A DNA stretch of 64,000 bases from assembly GCA_963782915.1 (NCBI GenBank), contig CAWALK010000019.1, positions 32,001 to 96,000 of the forward strand. The letters are read 5' to 3'. A program made the position numbers and the translations under genes. Source of the DNA: an uncultured archaeon (lineage in GTDB: Archaea; Thermoproteota; Bathyarchaeia; Bathyarchaeales; Bathycorpusculaceae). Positions within the stretch are counted from its first letter, which is position 1, and each line of letters opens with the position of its first letter. This document shows positions 11,488 through 22,588 of this stretch, piece by piece. The notes below the pieces were generated by a model. It searched no databases. It was not told where the DNA came from and worked only from the letters and a program-made list of their open reading frames with translations.

Positions 11488-13201
11488 TCACTGTTTCTTT
11501 GTCAGTTTCTTGTCGGCTAACATTTGGAAATGCAGTTCAAACGCTGCCGCTGGATTTTCAAGCTTCCATGCCTCCAACACAGCAGGATTAATTTCACCCA
11601 CATAGCCTACGCAGATACCGTCAACTTGGATTGCGCCGACTCTGCCCTCCATAAAACTCGGGTGGCTGGTTTCTTTTATCATCCATTCTACACCGAAGTT
11701 AGCCATAAACGAATCCAGAGCAGATTTGATTTCGCTAAAGTTCGCGTTGGGGTGAGTTGTGACTGCTGATAGCCAGTTCTCGTCCCTTGTTCTTGTCTCT
11801 GCTAAAGCATCAGGTAATGTAACTTTGCCCAATTCAAAGATTTTCTGTGGGAACTCGACGGATTGGTTAACGCTTAGGAACTCCATAAGACCTGGAAGTA
11901 GCTGGTTGCGCAGGCAATTCATGGTTATAACTTTGGGGTTTGCGAGCTCCATATAATTTGAGGGTGCAGTGTTCATTTTTTGGAAGAGTACCTCGGGGTT
12001 TGTTAAGGTGGTGTTTAGGACTTCTTGGTAGCCCAGCCCAATCATGAGGTCGCGTGCGGTGTTGATGAGTTGCTGATCAGGTTTTGCTTTGCCAGTGGTT
12101 GGTAGTTCTCGCCAGAGCGGTTTGATGTTGTTGTAGCCGTATGCGACAGCGACATCTTCGATTATGTCAACTTGATGCATAACATCTACGCGGTAACATG
12201 GAACCAGCACAGTTAGGCAGTCCACAGCTATATTCTCGACATCGAAACCTGCGGTGCCAAGCAAATCTGCAATCTCCGCTGCAGACAAGTTTAAGCCCAA
12301 CAGCTTGTTCGTCTCCGCTATGCCTAGTTTGTAGGTTCGGTTGCTAAAGTCGGGGGTAACAACGTTTCCCTGAGCGTATTGCGAGCCTGCTGGGTAACGG
12401 ACGGTTGTAGTGTAGGCTTTGCCTCCACGGTCAATCAATGCCAACGTGACAAGATTCAACGTATTGAGCACCGTCTGGTAAAGTGTGCCTGTGACTTCAA
12501 CAAGCAAGTTAACTGATTCCTCGGTGATTTTGCCCAAGTCATTAGAGTTTATGATTGGAGGGAACGAGAGTACTTTGCCTTCGCTGTCAAACAACATTGG
12601 GTAAAGCGGATTCTTCTTGACTATGTGACCGTACTCTTGGCCTTTGGGGTGCTTCTCCAAAACCTCGTTTAAGTTCCATTTTTTCAGTGAACCCTAACGG
12701 TATGAAACTAACCTCAGAAGGCTTAACAGCTGTATAGACTATCGGCGGCTTAATCAAATCCAAATTATAGATGCCGATGCTTGTCTTTTGGCGGCTTCTG
12801 CCGTTAGTCTGGTCAAGTTTCTCCTGCAAATGCATAATGCCCTTAATTGTCTCATCCGAGAGGTGAATACCTTTGATGACGCTACAGCAGATGAAGGAGC
12901 GGATACCAAAAATTTTAGCGTCAACATTTACTTCGACTTCTGATTTGCCTATTGAATATGGTTTGATGCCTTTCTCTTGGCCTAAATAACCTCTAAGCGC
13001 ACGGCTTAAGCCTTCGATGCTCCAGAGGTCAGGACGGTTAGTATCCTTGAATTCGACGGTGACAGCGTTCTCTTTCTCGTCGAAGCCTTTGACTTCCGCT
13101 TTAACGTATGAGAGTATGTCGTCGAGTTTCTCCATGTCGCCGTTAAGGTTGACTTTTAGGAGACGCTGAAGTTCTGTATAGTCTATGTCGATTGTGGGCA
13201 T
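11488..13201 (-). CDS. pheT: Phenylalanine--tRNA ligase beta subunit (frameshift near 12670)
   Basis: NRPDLWSIEG, SFPPIINS, RVDVMHQVDIIEDVAVAYGY; joins ORFs 12587..13201 and 11488..12660. Confidence 0.95.
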
Positions 13202-13202
13202 T

Positions 13203-14735
13203 TTAGGTCACCTGTTTTTTGCGTAGCCAATCAAGGTCTTGGCTAAAAATTTGGCGGATATCGCTCAATCCTGATTTCATCATAAATAATCGGTCAACGC
13301 CTAGTCCCCAAGCGATTACTGGAGCTTTAACGCCAAGAGGCATTGTTACTTCGGGGCGGAATATTCCAGAGCCGCCGAACTCTATCCAGCCATAACCCTC
13401 CTTGTAAGCGCTTAATTCCACGCTGGGTTCGGTGAATGGGAAATAGTCTGGTTTAAAGCGAACTTTTTCAGCACCAGCGATTTCCATGGCGAATTTGCCC
13501 AGAACGCCCAATAGGTCGCGTAGAGTTAAGTTTTCATCGAGTATGATGCCTTCAACTTGGTTGAATTCACTTAGGTGTGTGCGGTCGGTGATTTCGGGTC
13601 GGTAGACGCGGGCGATGCCGAAGTGGCGGCTAGGTACATTATATTTGCCGTTCTCCATCGTTCTTGCGCTTAAGCATGTGCCTTGGCTGCGGAGAATGAG
13701 TCGCTGTGCTGCTTCAAGGGTGTACTTGGTTCCCCATCCTGTGGAACCCGTTATCCAGCCGTTCTCATGCGTTTGTTTAACCTGCTCTACAGCCTTAGCG
13801 TGGCTTTCTAATTCACCAAATTTGGGTTCTTTAATGTAGAAGACGTCAGTGGGTTCACGTGCTGGATGGTCTTGTGGCTCGTTTAGGGCATCGAAGTTAA
13901 AGAAGCTGGTTTCAACCTGTGTGCCAGTCATTTCTTGGAAGCCTAATTGCACGAGTTTTGCTCGGACGTCATCGAGGAAGCTTAGGTAGGGGTGCTTCTT
14001 GCCAGGCCAAGTTTTAGCGACTGCCGCTTCTATGTTGTACTTTTGGAATTTGGTTTCACGCCATTTTCCCGTGATTATCAGTTCGGGGGTAAGTTTGGTT
14101 ACTTCAGGCACTGATACGGTGGCTTCTGAGGCGGCTTTTTTGCCTTCCTCATTGATTCGCAGTACACGGGTGGTTTTAGGTTCGATGGTTACAAGTTTGC
14201 GTTTCTTAAGCTGTTCCGCCGCATCTTTGAGTTCAGGGCTTAAGTCATCCTGCGCTGCTTGCTCTTTTTCGCCAAGATACTTGAGCAGGGTTTCGTCGCA
14301 GCCCTGCGGAACCGCCATTTGATGCAACAGGGCATCGTTGAGGGTTAAAGTGTTTGTTTTTGAATCGTAAAGTGCCCATTTTTTGCGGATAACCCAGCCC
14401 TGAGCTATCTGAATGAACTGTTGCTCGAGCCCTGCTTGTTGGGCTGCTTTGTGCAGGTCTGCACTGCCGCCGAGTTCCGATACAGCTTGGATTAGTTTGC
14501 GTTCAGGCAAACTGCTCTGCGCATAGGTTTTGCCTTCCGCGGTGAGTTTGATTATGTTCTGTGTTGCTGCTTGTATGGTTAAGAGGTTTTTTTCTTGCAG
14601 GGTTAGTGCGGAGCGCATGACTGCTGAATCTGGGAAACCGCATGTTTCGACGAGTTTTTCTACGCTGGCGCTTGTGAGTTTGTCTAGGGCAGAGAGGAGC
14701 TGTTGTTCTTGCAGTCTTAGTTCAACCATATGCAT
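13203..14735 (-). CDS. pheS: Phenylalanine--tRNA ligase alpha subunit
   Basis: NFDALNEPQDHPAR, THLSEFNQVEG, YFPFTEPS, GSGIFRPE, AWGLGVDRL. Confidence 0.97.
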   Translation of the reverse strand: MHMVELRLQEQQLLSALDKLTSASVEKLVETCGFPDSAVMRSALTLQEKNLLTIQAATQNIIKLTAEGKTYAQSSLPERKLIQAVSELGGSADLHKAAQQAGLEQQFIQIAQGWVIRKKWALYDSKTNTLTLNDALLHQMAVPQGCDETLLKYLGEKEQAAQDDLSPELKDAAEQLKKRKLVTIEPKTTRVLRINEEGKKAASEATVSVPEVTKLTPELIITGKWRETKFQKYNIEAAVAKTWPGKKHPYLSFLDDVRAKLVQLGFQEMTGTQVETSFFNFDALNEPQDHPAREPTDVFYIKEPKFGELESHAKAVEQVKQTHENGWITGSTGWGTKYTLEAAQRLILRSQGTCLSARTMENGKYNVPSRHFGIARVYRPEITDRTHLSEFNQVEGIILDENLTLRDLLGVLGKFAMEIAGAEKVRFKPDYFPFTEPSVELSAYKEGYGWIEFGGSGIFRPEVTMPLGVKAPVIAWGLGVDRLFMMKSGLSDIRQIFSQDLDWLRKKQVT

Positions 14736-14940
14736 GCAACCTATCTATGCTACGTTAAACAGTAGTTCTTACCGCGATAAATAAAAGCATGCTGATTTAT
14801 GCCCAACCTAATCAGTTACTCAGTTTCTGAATGACTTGTTGTCCCTAACTATCCGCACACATCGTTTTATAAAAAAGCGGTACTTTTAAGGGTTAAGCGG
14901 CTAGAAGTTAGGGTTAACCGAAGGTGGATCAAAGAAAAAC

Positions 14941-16693
14941 TTGAATCTTTACGCTCTCCTATCCCTATGTGCAAGCGCCATCTCCATTGTCCTAGGGTTA
15001 AGCGTATATTTCCTCAACCGCAAATCCGGCATAAACAGGCTTTTCATGGTTACGATGTTTTTTAATGCATATTGGGCGTTCTGTACCTTCGGCAAAACCC
15101 AAGCTGACTCATTAGACACAGCGTTTCTATGGTCAAAAGCGTTGTCGTTTCTGGCCTTTTTTGGTACCGCTAATGCTTCATTTCACCCTTGCCTTTACTG
15201 AAAGTGACTTGCTGAAGAAAAAACTCATCTATGTTGCTTTGTACCTGCCCGCTCTGTTGTTTTCAGTGCTTGATTTGACCACTAATTGGATTTCAGGCAC
15301 AGTGGTGCTGATGCCTTGGGGTTACATAACCCTTCTACCGTTGAACTCGATGGCGGCTAACATCGGTGGTGTTTGGTCAGCTATTCTTGGGCTTTTAATA
15401 GTCTTCTTTTATATTCAGTACTATAAGCGGGTTGGTGATAAAACAAAGAAGCAACAGACCAAATTTGTTGCCTTCGGCTTCATGGTACCAATCCTGTTAT
15501 CCTTGGTAACGGATTCTATTTTTCCGGCAATGAACGTTGATTTCCCAGGTTTAGGCAGCATCTCTGGGAGCATAACAAGCGTTTTTGTAGTATACGCAAT
15601 GCTTAGGTATAACTTGTTTAGTTTTAGGCCTGAAATCGCAGCTGAAAATATTTTCTCGACTATGCCGGATTCCGTTCTCCTTTTGAATCTTCAAGGAAAA
15701 ATAATGAAGGTTAACAGGTCATTTGTTGAATTGACTGGTTACAGCGAGGAAGAAGTTGTTGGCCAATCAATCGGAAAAATGTTGCAGAAGGCAAAGGTAC
15801 TAAACCAGCAGAATGCAACGCCGGAGGTTCTGGTTAGCCTACGCAAACTAAGGGAAATCAAGAATTATGAAATATCATTCTTCACAAAAACCGGTGAAAA
15901 AAGAGTTGGAACTCTTTCTTGCTCGATAGTATGTGATAATGGGGACCGAGATGTTGGGGCAGCCTTTGTTTTGCATGATATAACTGAAAGAAAAGCCATG
16001 GAGCAGAAACTGCTCAGAACTGAACGGTTCGCTTCCATCGGCGAATTAGCGGGTATGGTAGGGCATGATTTACGCAATCCGCTCTCAGGTATTCGGGGGG
16101 CATCATTCTATTTGAAACGTAAATACGCCAACACTTTGGATGATGAAGATCTATTAATGTTTGAATGCATCGATAAAGGCATCAATTACTCCAACAAAAT
16201 AATCAATGACTTACTAGATTACTCAGGAGAAATAACATTAGAATTAGCACCTACAACTCCCAAGACACTCATAAAAGATTCACTTGCTATAGTTGTACAA
16301 CCAGACAATGTTTCCATTATAAATGATGTAACCGATTATCCCGAGCTTTATGTTGATGCTCAGCGAATCACTCGAGGATTTGCAGGGCTAATAAAAAATG
16401 CCTACGATGCTATGCCCGAAGGAGGCGATTTAACAGTCAAATGCACTGTTAATGGTGACTCAATTGTTTTCATGTTTAAAGATACAGGTTTGGGCATGAC
16501 TAAAGAGGTATTAGGTAAACTTTGGACGCCATTGTTTACCACTAAAGCAAAGGGTATGGGTTTCGGGTTACCTATCTGCAAAAGATACGTTGAGGCTCAT
16601 GGCGGTAAAATTTCTGTTGAGAGTGCACCTAACGTGGGTACTGTGGTGAGTGTGGAGTTGCCGCTTCATTTTGATAGGGCAAATCAGAAATAG
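14941..16693 (+). CDS. 7TM-PAS sensor histidine kinase (frameshift near 15160)
   Basis: N-terminal TM bundle, PAS, H-box GHDLRNPL, HATPase NAYDAM/DTGLG/GMGFGL. Confidence 0.9.
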
Positions 16694-16725
16694 TTGCGGC
16701 TTCATAAGCCTATTTGGAGGATGGA

Positions 16726-16896
16726 ATGGCAGAGTATGTTAAGGGAGCTGAACCTGATAGATGGCATTGGATTGCAAGTTGCAAGCAGTATCCCCGGGTT
16801 GTCTTTCGCAAACGCACGAATCGGCCGAGTTCTGACCTCTGTGATAGCTGTTTAGACCTTGAAAAGTTGACGCTTCCTAGGGCAGCGGCAGCATAG
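16726..16896 (+). CDS. Small Cys/His-rich (putative Zn-binding) protein
   Basis: GGAGG Shine-Dalgarno before ATG; WHWxxxC..YP...RP..DLCxxC. Confidence 0.65.
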   Translation: MAEYVKGAEPDRWHWIASCKQYPRVVFRKRTNRPSSDLCDSCLDLEKLTLPRAAAA

Positions 16897-17125
16897 TTTT
16901 CCCTTAAAAGAAGTTGCGAAGTAAGATTAACTAGCTGATGCCTTATTTTTAGCGGTTTATTTTGATTTGCCGGCTTTTCTGGCGCAGGCATCGCTGCAGT
17001 ACTTTGATTTAGCGTTGAATGTGGTGTAGGATTTTTTGCATACGGGACATTTCTTTTCCAAACAATTCACCTTCCTATTGCCATTACATGCATGTTATCT
17101 ATGTAAAAGGTTTTTGCAAAACCAC

Positions 17126-17908
17126 CTACGCCACAATCAAAGCGTGCCCAATTAATATTGCAGCATATAGCAACGCGCCAATTAGGAAGAATGCTAGGCT
17201 GCTTCTGCGCAAACTGGTGGGGAGTTCGTTGCGGATTGAGTGGTAGAGTATGACTCCTGAAATAAACGCTAAAAGCACGTATGCTTGCGCGATGGTTTCA
17301 GGTATAAGCAATGAAGCTATCCAGCCGATAATAGGAACTGCCGCCAATACGTAGCGTCCGAGTTTGGCTTGGTAACTTTGGTACTGTTCAAGCATGGTTT
17401 CGCTGGATATGAATAGATGCATGGAGACTGCGACGCCATAAAGAGTAGCTGCTATAATGCCTGTTTCGAATTCAAAGATGAAAACGAAGCTTAACACGAA
17501 ATTCAAGAAAAGCTAATGTGAGGAGATGTATCAGAAAAATGCGTTTGGAAGCTTGGGTTTGTTTTAAATCCATGCCGTCTGTTTGACGTCGGGTTCTATA
17601 GGATTTAACGGTGATATGTTCCAAAGAAAAGAAAAGTAAAAACCCGATTAAAACTACAAGAAAGATGGAGTCTTCATAGAGTTGGATAAATTGGTTGTCG
17701 GCTCCTAGTTGCTTTAGGTATAAGTCGGAGTATTGGAGGCTGGGCAATAAGTCCAAGAAGACATATGTGGCTGTAACTCCGCCAAAGAAGGAGAGGATTT
17801 TGAGTTTTTTTTGCCCATGTAGTTTGAGATTTTTATGATATAGAGGTTTATAGCGGCGAATATGGTTACACCGATTAGTGAGATAACTGCCGCTTCTATT
17901 GTTGACAA
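17126..17908 (-). CDS. ZIP-like membrane protein (two frameshifts)
   Basis: Three ORFs join; the restored frame gives LSFFGGVTATYVFLDLLP, and the C-terminus has AFISGVILYHSIRNELP. Confidence 0.6.
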
Positions 17909-17964
17909 AAGATTTACCTCTATATTGCCGCTTCGAAAGGGGGTTTAGAGACTAAGAAATGGGG

Positions 17965-18216
17965 TTATGCGGCTGTTTTAGGTTTGATGACTAAGCTTAG
18001 TTTTAGGGCGAATTCGTAATCGTCATGATCTTTGCCCACTGTAACGTTGAAGCCTTCTAAGCTTACTTTCATGGGTTCGCCCTCACTTGACATTTCCCGA
18101 ATGCTATCCACGAAACCGCGGACTTTACCGATGATTTCGTTAATGTCCAAGCTTGTGCTTTCTGTGCTTGTTGCGCCCGGTTGTGCTTTGCGCACTTCAA
18201 TTTCGACCACTATCAA
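17965..18216 (-). CDS. Small hypothetical protein (helix plus beta strands)
   Basis: GAGGTGA SD-like sequence at the start; normal composition. Confidence 0.65.
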   Translation of the reverse strand: MIVVEIEVRKAQPGATSTESTSLDINEIIGKVRGFVDSIREMSSEGEPMKVSLEGFNVTVGKDHDDYEFALKLSLVIKPKTAA

Positions 18217-18385
18217 TTCACCTCCAAAAAAGCCATCAGAAAGGTCATGCGGCTAACAGTTTAAAGGTGTGTGACTGCACCTCGGTATACACAATGCTTT
18301 GTTTAGAAACCATGCGGCCCCTCAACTGGTCCGTTTTATGGATTTTTCAGAAGAAGTCATGATTTGGGGGTTGTCTTTTTCTATA

Positions 18386-18431
18386 GTTGTTGTTGCAGAA
18401 AAGCGCTTTTACACAACAAAACCCCAGCGGA
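18386..18431 (+). repeat. Dispersed intergenic repeat, motif B copy
   Basis: gttgttgttgcagaaaagcgcttttacacaacaaaaccccagcgga resembles 48571..48615 (gttcttgttgcctaaaagcccctatacacaacaacatccagcgga). Confidence 0.7.
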
Positions 18432-18470
18432 ACCGATAACTGCATTGAAAACCCCACGGCAACACTGAAT

Positions 18471-19283
18471 TTAATGTGCACTACCTTTCTGCAGGATATT
18501 AATGGCTAAACGTAAAAGTTCCTCTTTAGATTCAAAAGACACCTGCTCAAGTTGACCGATATCGAGCACTTCCCCACCCAAATCAACCCTGATTTTTCTG
18601 CCCATGCTTCGGTGCCTAAAAAACACAAACGTCTTATTGGATTGTTTTCTAGCCAAGGCTAATTCTTTGACGACTTCGGAGGATAAATCAAACCCAGGGG
18701 TCATAATAATAATGAAATATTTGCTTTCAGTCAACGCTTTGTCACGAAATCCCGACCAGCATTTTTCCGAATCAACCGCCAGAGGAATATCCTTGCAATC
18801 TTCAAACGTATGCAACCCAACCTCTTCCAACCCAGCTTTTAGGTGGTCTGCGTAGTCTTTGCCTGAGCTTTTTTTGTAGCATAGGAACACTTCAAAGGGT
18901 TTGCTTTCTTCTTTGGAGGAGATTTGAGGCGTCAATGGCGGGGTTTGGGTGCTTTTGGAGGTGTAAACATGCGGGATACCCTGCGGCTCTGCTTTCCTTC
19001 TTTGTTTCCTAAAATATATCAAAATCAGTAGCGCTGCGATTAGGGCAATTGCAACGACTGTTATCGCGATTAGAAGTGTTGTGATTGTTTGGTTGTTGTT
19101 AGGTGCGGGGGTTGCTGTCTGGGGGGTTGTTGGCATCACCGTTGGCATCATTTGGGCTTGTGCAAAGTTAGCGTTAGAACTCGCAAACAGGTAAACCCCC
19201 GTAAAAAGCAATGCCCAAGCAAAGCTAAGAGCTATAACAAGAAGAAATCGGCTTTTTTGCACAAAAATGGATTCTTTTGCCAA
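18471..19283 (-). CDS. Membrane-anchored TIR-domain protein
   Basis: Two hydrophobic segments around a P/T-rich linker, then RKQRRK. TIR box1-like FEVFLCYK, TFEDCKDIP, ALTESKYFIIIMTP and conserved Glu in VVKELALA. Confidence 0.85.
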   Translation of the reverse strand: MAKESIFVQKSRFLLVIALSFAWALLFTGVYLFASSNANFAQAQMMPTVMPTTPQTATPAPNNNQTITTLLIAITVVAIALIAALLILIYFRKQRRKAEPQGIPHVYTSKSTQTPPLTPQISSKEESKPFEVFLCYKKSSGKDYADHLKAGLEEVGLHTFEDCKDIPLAVDSEKCWSGFRDKALTESKYFIIIMTPGFDLSSEVVKELALARKQSNKTFVFFRHRSMGRKIRVDLGGEVLDIGQLEQVSFESKEELLRLAINILQKGSAH

Positions 19284-19453
19284 AAATTAAACGTTGCTAT
19301 CTCCCTGTTTCCCTTTTTTAGTAGTAGATAATGGCAAGGGCGGCATTATTCATCTTCTTCCAGCGGACTTAGCTAAAGCGCCTGTTTTATGGTCTGCATT
19401 TGGGTTGAGTTACAGGCTTGTTGTAGCGTAATCCTCAAGCTCCACAGCGGCTT

Positions 19454-19981
19454 CTATGTCAACTGCAGCGCCATCTCCAACATATCCCCCTCAGACGACT
19501 TAACAATCAACCCCATCTTTTTGGCGAGCCCAATCATCTTTGGATTGTCGCTTGATACGAAACAATGGATTTCTTCAAGCCCATAATCCCGCGCAATCAC
19601 TATGAGGTGACTCAACAGCTCCGCACCCAATCCCAAACCCTGCCAAGCATCAGCTATGGTAAGGGCAAACTCACCTCGCCGCCTATCAAGATCAAGGACT
19701 AAGCGTGCAACCGCAATAATCATGCCGTCGCTTTGGGGCAATGCAACTATAGCCATTTCTTGGCTGTAATCCAAATTGCAGAATCTCTCCAAGGATTCAT
19801 TGGGCAACTCTTTTATGATTTCAAAGAACCTGAAATGCACGGTTGCCGCTGAAAGAGACCCAAAAAACTCCTTAAACCGCTCCTTATCTGTGCACTCGAT
19901 GGGTCTAAAGACAACGCTAACCCCATTGCGTAATCTGTGCTGGGAAGTGTACTTTTGCCTTGCAGAGTCCGCACTCAACAA
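19454..19981 (-). CDS. GNAT acetyltransferase (similar to the Pat/PatZ C-terminal domain)
   Basis: LSAATVHFRFF, GEFALTIADAWQGLGLG, DNPKMIGLAKKMG. Confidence 0.88.
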   Translation of the reverse strand: MLSADSARQKYTSQHRLRNGVSVVFRPIECTDKERFKEFFGSLSAATVHFRFFEIIKELPNESLERFCNLDYSQEMAIVALPQSDGMIIAVARLVLDLDRRRGEFALTIADAWQGLGLGAELLSHLIVIARDYGLEEIHCFVSSDNPKMIGLAKKMGLIVKSSEGDMLEMALQLT

Positions 19982-20005
19982 AACAGCGCATACTCCCCTC
20001 GAGCT

Positions 20006-20386
20006 TTAGCTTCTGGTCGGTATTGCCTCTAACCTTTGTCGAACAACAGCAAGCAATTCTTCAGCCCTGACTGGTTTAACCAAAAAATCGTCCGCACCAT
20101 AATCAGCAGCCTTAATCCCAACCTGCTCAGAAGAGAAACCCGTGACGACAATTTTAACTGTTTCAGGATTCTCTTTCATTTCCAACAAAAGCTCCGTCCC
20201 ATCCATATCGGGCAACCTTACATCAACCAAGCATAAATCAAACTTTGCGTTTTTAAGATGCATTAATGCTTCTTTGCCTGTCTCCGCTGTTTCCACAATA
20301 TAGCCTGCTTTTTCGAGAAGAGCTCTAAAGCCCCTCAAAATACTCGTATCATCGTCAACTACGAGGATCCGCTTCTTTTCCTCCAT
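20006..20386 (-). CDS. Single-domain response regulator
   Basis: ILVVDDD, DVRLPDMDG, VTG, FLVKP. Confidence 0.93.
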   Translation of the reverse strand: MEEKKRILVVDDDTSILRGFRALLEKAGYIVETAETGKEALMHLKNAKFDLCLVDVRLPDMDGTELLLEMKENPETVKIVVTGFSSEQVGIKAADYGADDFLVKPVRAEELLAVVRQRLEAIPTRS

Positions 20387-20586
20387 AATTTAACCTCTAA
20401 CCCCAAAAATGGCGATCAATTCTTCGCTTGTTGCCTTGTGTAGTAGTTGGGAACCCAGCGTTGCTACATAACCGCTTCAAAGCTTTGCTAGCCAAGATTA
20501 TCACTGTTTTAATCACGTATAAACGATAGTTATAACCAGAAAACAATCACAAGTATCTGTTCAGGGCGCAAAATTTGTTGCCGTGG

Positions 20587-20855
20587 CTTTGTTGCTTTGA
20601 GGGCCCTATCCCCCCTTATTTATAGGCTCAACAAATGTTGGGTTTTGTGTTTTGGTTGTAAGCATTCATTGGTTAGTGGGTGTGGGGAAGCTGCGTTTGT
20701 TAGGGGGGCTTGTTAGGTTTATAGGCGGCTGTTTTTGGGCTCTGTTGGTTTAGTGTGTTTGGGGTTCTGTTGCTTTGCCAAGACCTCCCTATCCCCTATA
20801 GGGAGCTGCTTTTGCTGCTCTGACGACCTACCCCCTCCCTTATATATAGATTAAA
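20587..20855 (+). repeat. Composite intergenic element, type I (three motif A cores, one degenerate)
   Basis: Cores at about 20605, 20788 and 20826. Internal blocks aagcatt, gcgtttg, ataggcgg(c/t)tgt and tgccaagacc are shared with the reverse complement of 43734..44002. Confidence 0.7.
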
Positions 20856-20952
20856 CGGTAGGTTCAACCCCTAATTGTGGTTTATCCGATATAATTAAGT
20901 ATCGGATCGGCTTGATTTTGTTGTTATCCGATACGTTTGAATATCGGATAGC
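20826..20952 (+). repeat. Left copy of a ~125-bp direct repeat with two TATCCGATA-N8-TATCGGAT palindromes (20883..20907, 20925..20950)
   Basis: Aligns along its length with 23149..23271. Confidence 0.9.
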
Positions 20953-20967
20953 CCGCAGATTAATGCA

Positions 20968-21900
20968 ATGACACTACTTGACCTGGCAATCCACAAAAGA
21001 ATACTCACAAAAAAACAGCGCCTAGACACCTACAGACCCCTCTCCAACCAAGCCCTCAAAAAACTCCACGAAACCATGGAAATCACCTACACCTACAACA
21101 CCAACGCCATCGAAGGCAACACCCTCACATTACAAGAAACCCGGCTGGTAATCCGCGAAGGCATCACAATAAAAGGCAAAAGCCTAAGCGAACACCTCGA
21201 AGCCAAAAACCACCCCCAAGCCATCACCTACATCGAAAACATGATAAACAACCCGATGAGGAAAAGAACATCCTTGAATTGCATAGCATACTATTTTCTG
21301 GCTTCTGTGAAGGCGCAGGCAACTACCGAAACGGCCAAGTCTACCTTGAAGGCAGCGACCACATGCCACCGCCAGCATTCGAAGTCCCCCAACTAATACA
21401 GGACCTGCTGGAATGGCTGGAAAAGAACCCTGAAGAACTCCGACACATAGAATCAGCGGCCATCTTTCATCATAAATTTGTGGAAATACATCCATTTGAC
21501 GACGGAAACGGGCGTGTGGGGCGGTTGCTGATGAATCTGCTGCTAATCAAAAACGGGTACCCCCTAACAGTAATCAAGACTCTGGATAGACGCCGATACT
21601 ACGACAGCCTCATAAAAGCAGACAACGGCAACTACAAACCCATCGTAAACTTTGTTGCACGCTGCGTAGAGCAATCCTTAGACATGTACCTGAGCGCTGT
21701 TGAACCAAGCGAACCCAAAACACAAACTGCTCAGCCTAGCCGAAGCATCAAAGCTATCACCCTACAGCCAAGAATACCTAAGTTTACTCGCCCGCAAAGG
21801 ACAAATCGCAGCAATCAAAGTTGGGCGTAACTGGCAAATCAGCCAAAAATCATTAGAAGAATACCAAGTCAGAGTCATCAAAGAACCAATAGTGCAATAA
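20968..21900 (+). CDS. Fic-family protein with C-terminal HTH (frameshifts near 21257 and 21720)
   Basis: Catalytic HPFDDGNGRVGR; N-terminal autoinhibitory TNAIEGN; C-terminal LLSLAEAS...YSQEYLSLLARKG...KVGRNW. Confidence 0.9.
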
Positions 21901-21915
21901 CCTCAAAACATAACA

Positions 21916-21936
21916 AAGCCCCCTAACCGGGGGCTT
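21916..21936 (+). terminator. Hairpin downstream of the Fic gene (possible terminator)
   Basis: aagccccc-taacc-gggggctt forms a perfect 8-bp stem; no U-tract follows. Confidence 0.4.
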
Positions 21937-21986
21937 AAACAGCAAGTGTTTTATTCACAACACAACAAATCAAGCCTTGACTAAAA

Positions 21987-22214
21987 TTGGCTACTATCAC
22001 TTACACGGAAAACGCAAAGGAAAGAATGAAAAACAGGCAAATCTCAAAAGCAGAAGTAGAGGAAACCATCCTCCAGCCCGACTTCACCGTCGGATCACGC
22101 CTCGAGCGGTATATAGCCGTAAAGAAGTATGGCGACAAATACCTCAAAGCCATCTGCGAAAAGAGCAACGATAAAATAACGGTAATAACAGTCTACTGGA
22201 CAAGGAGACCCTAA
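21987..22214 (+). CDS. DUF4258-family (RelE/BrnT-like) putative toxin
   Basis: ITYTENAKERMKNRQISKAEVEETILQPD...VITVY; sits directly before a DUF2283-like gene. Confidence 0.8.
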   Translation: MATITYTENAKERMKNRQISKAEVEETILQPDFTVGSRLERYIAVKKYGDKYLKAICEKSNDKITVITVYWTRRP

Positions 22215-22219
22215 CGCTT

Positions 22220-22402
22220 ATGGTACAAGTAGAATACGACAAAAAAGCCGACGCCCTCTACATCTGGGTAAGAAAAGCAAAATATGACATAAGCGAAGAA
22301 ATCGCCGAAAACGTCATACTCGACCTCGACAAGGCCGGGCGAATCATAGGGATTGAAGTTTTAGACGCCTCAAAAAATATGGGGCAAGAACTAATAAACT
22401 AA
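22220..22402 (+). CDS. DUF2283-family putative antitoxin (may extend to 22439 if one base is an insertion)
   Basis: YDKKADALYI...ILDLDKAGRIIGIEVLDAS. Confidence 0.88.
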   Translation: MVQVEYDKKADALYIWVRKAKYDISEEIAENVILDLDKAGRIIGIEVLDASKNMGQELIN

Positions 22403-22588
22403 AATACTCAACACAGAAAAGATAGAAGCAACAGCATAAAAACGCCCTTGCCACCCAAAACTTTTGTCACTTTCTAAAAAGTGGATATCATACCAGTTGG
22501 CCGCCTATTCGCTATTGGAATCAATCGCTTATTTCATCTTAGAATATCTACATATATCCCTTCTTGACCATCCATTTCCAAGGATTTA

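Noticed and set aside
11488-13201. Programmed frameshifting or true pseudogenisation of split genes
   Set aside because: Essential genes are affected, no shared slippery site or stimulator is visible, and the pattern fits sequencing error.
20605-20855. Motif A as Orc1/Cdc6 origin recognition boxes (G-string present)
   Set aside because: It lacks the TTCCAxTGGAA ORB core, there is no cdc6 gene in the window, and copies are spread over seven spacers.
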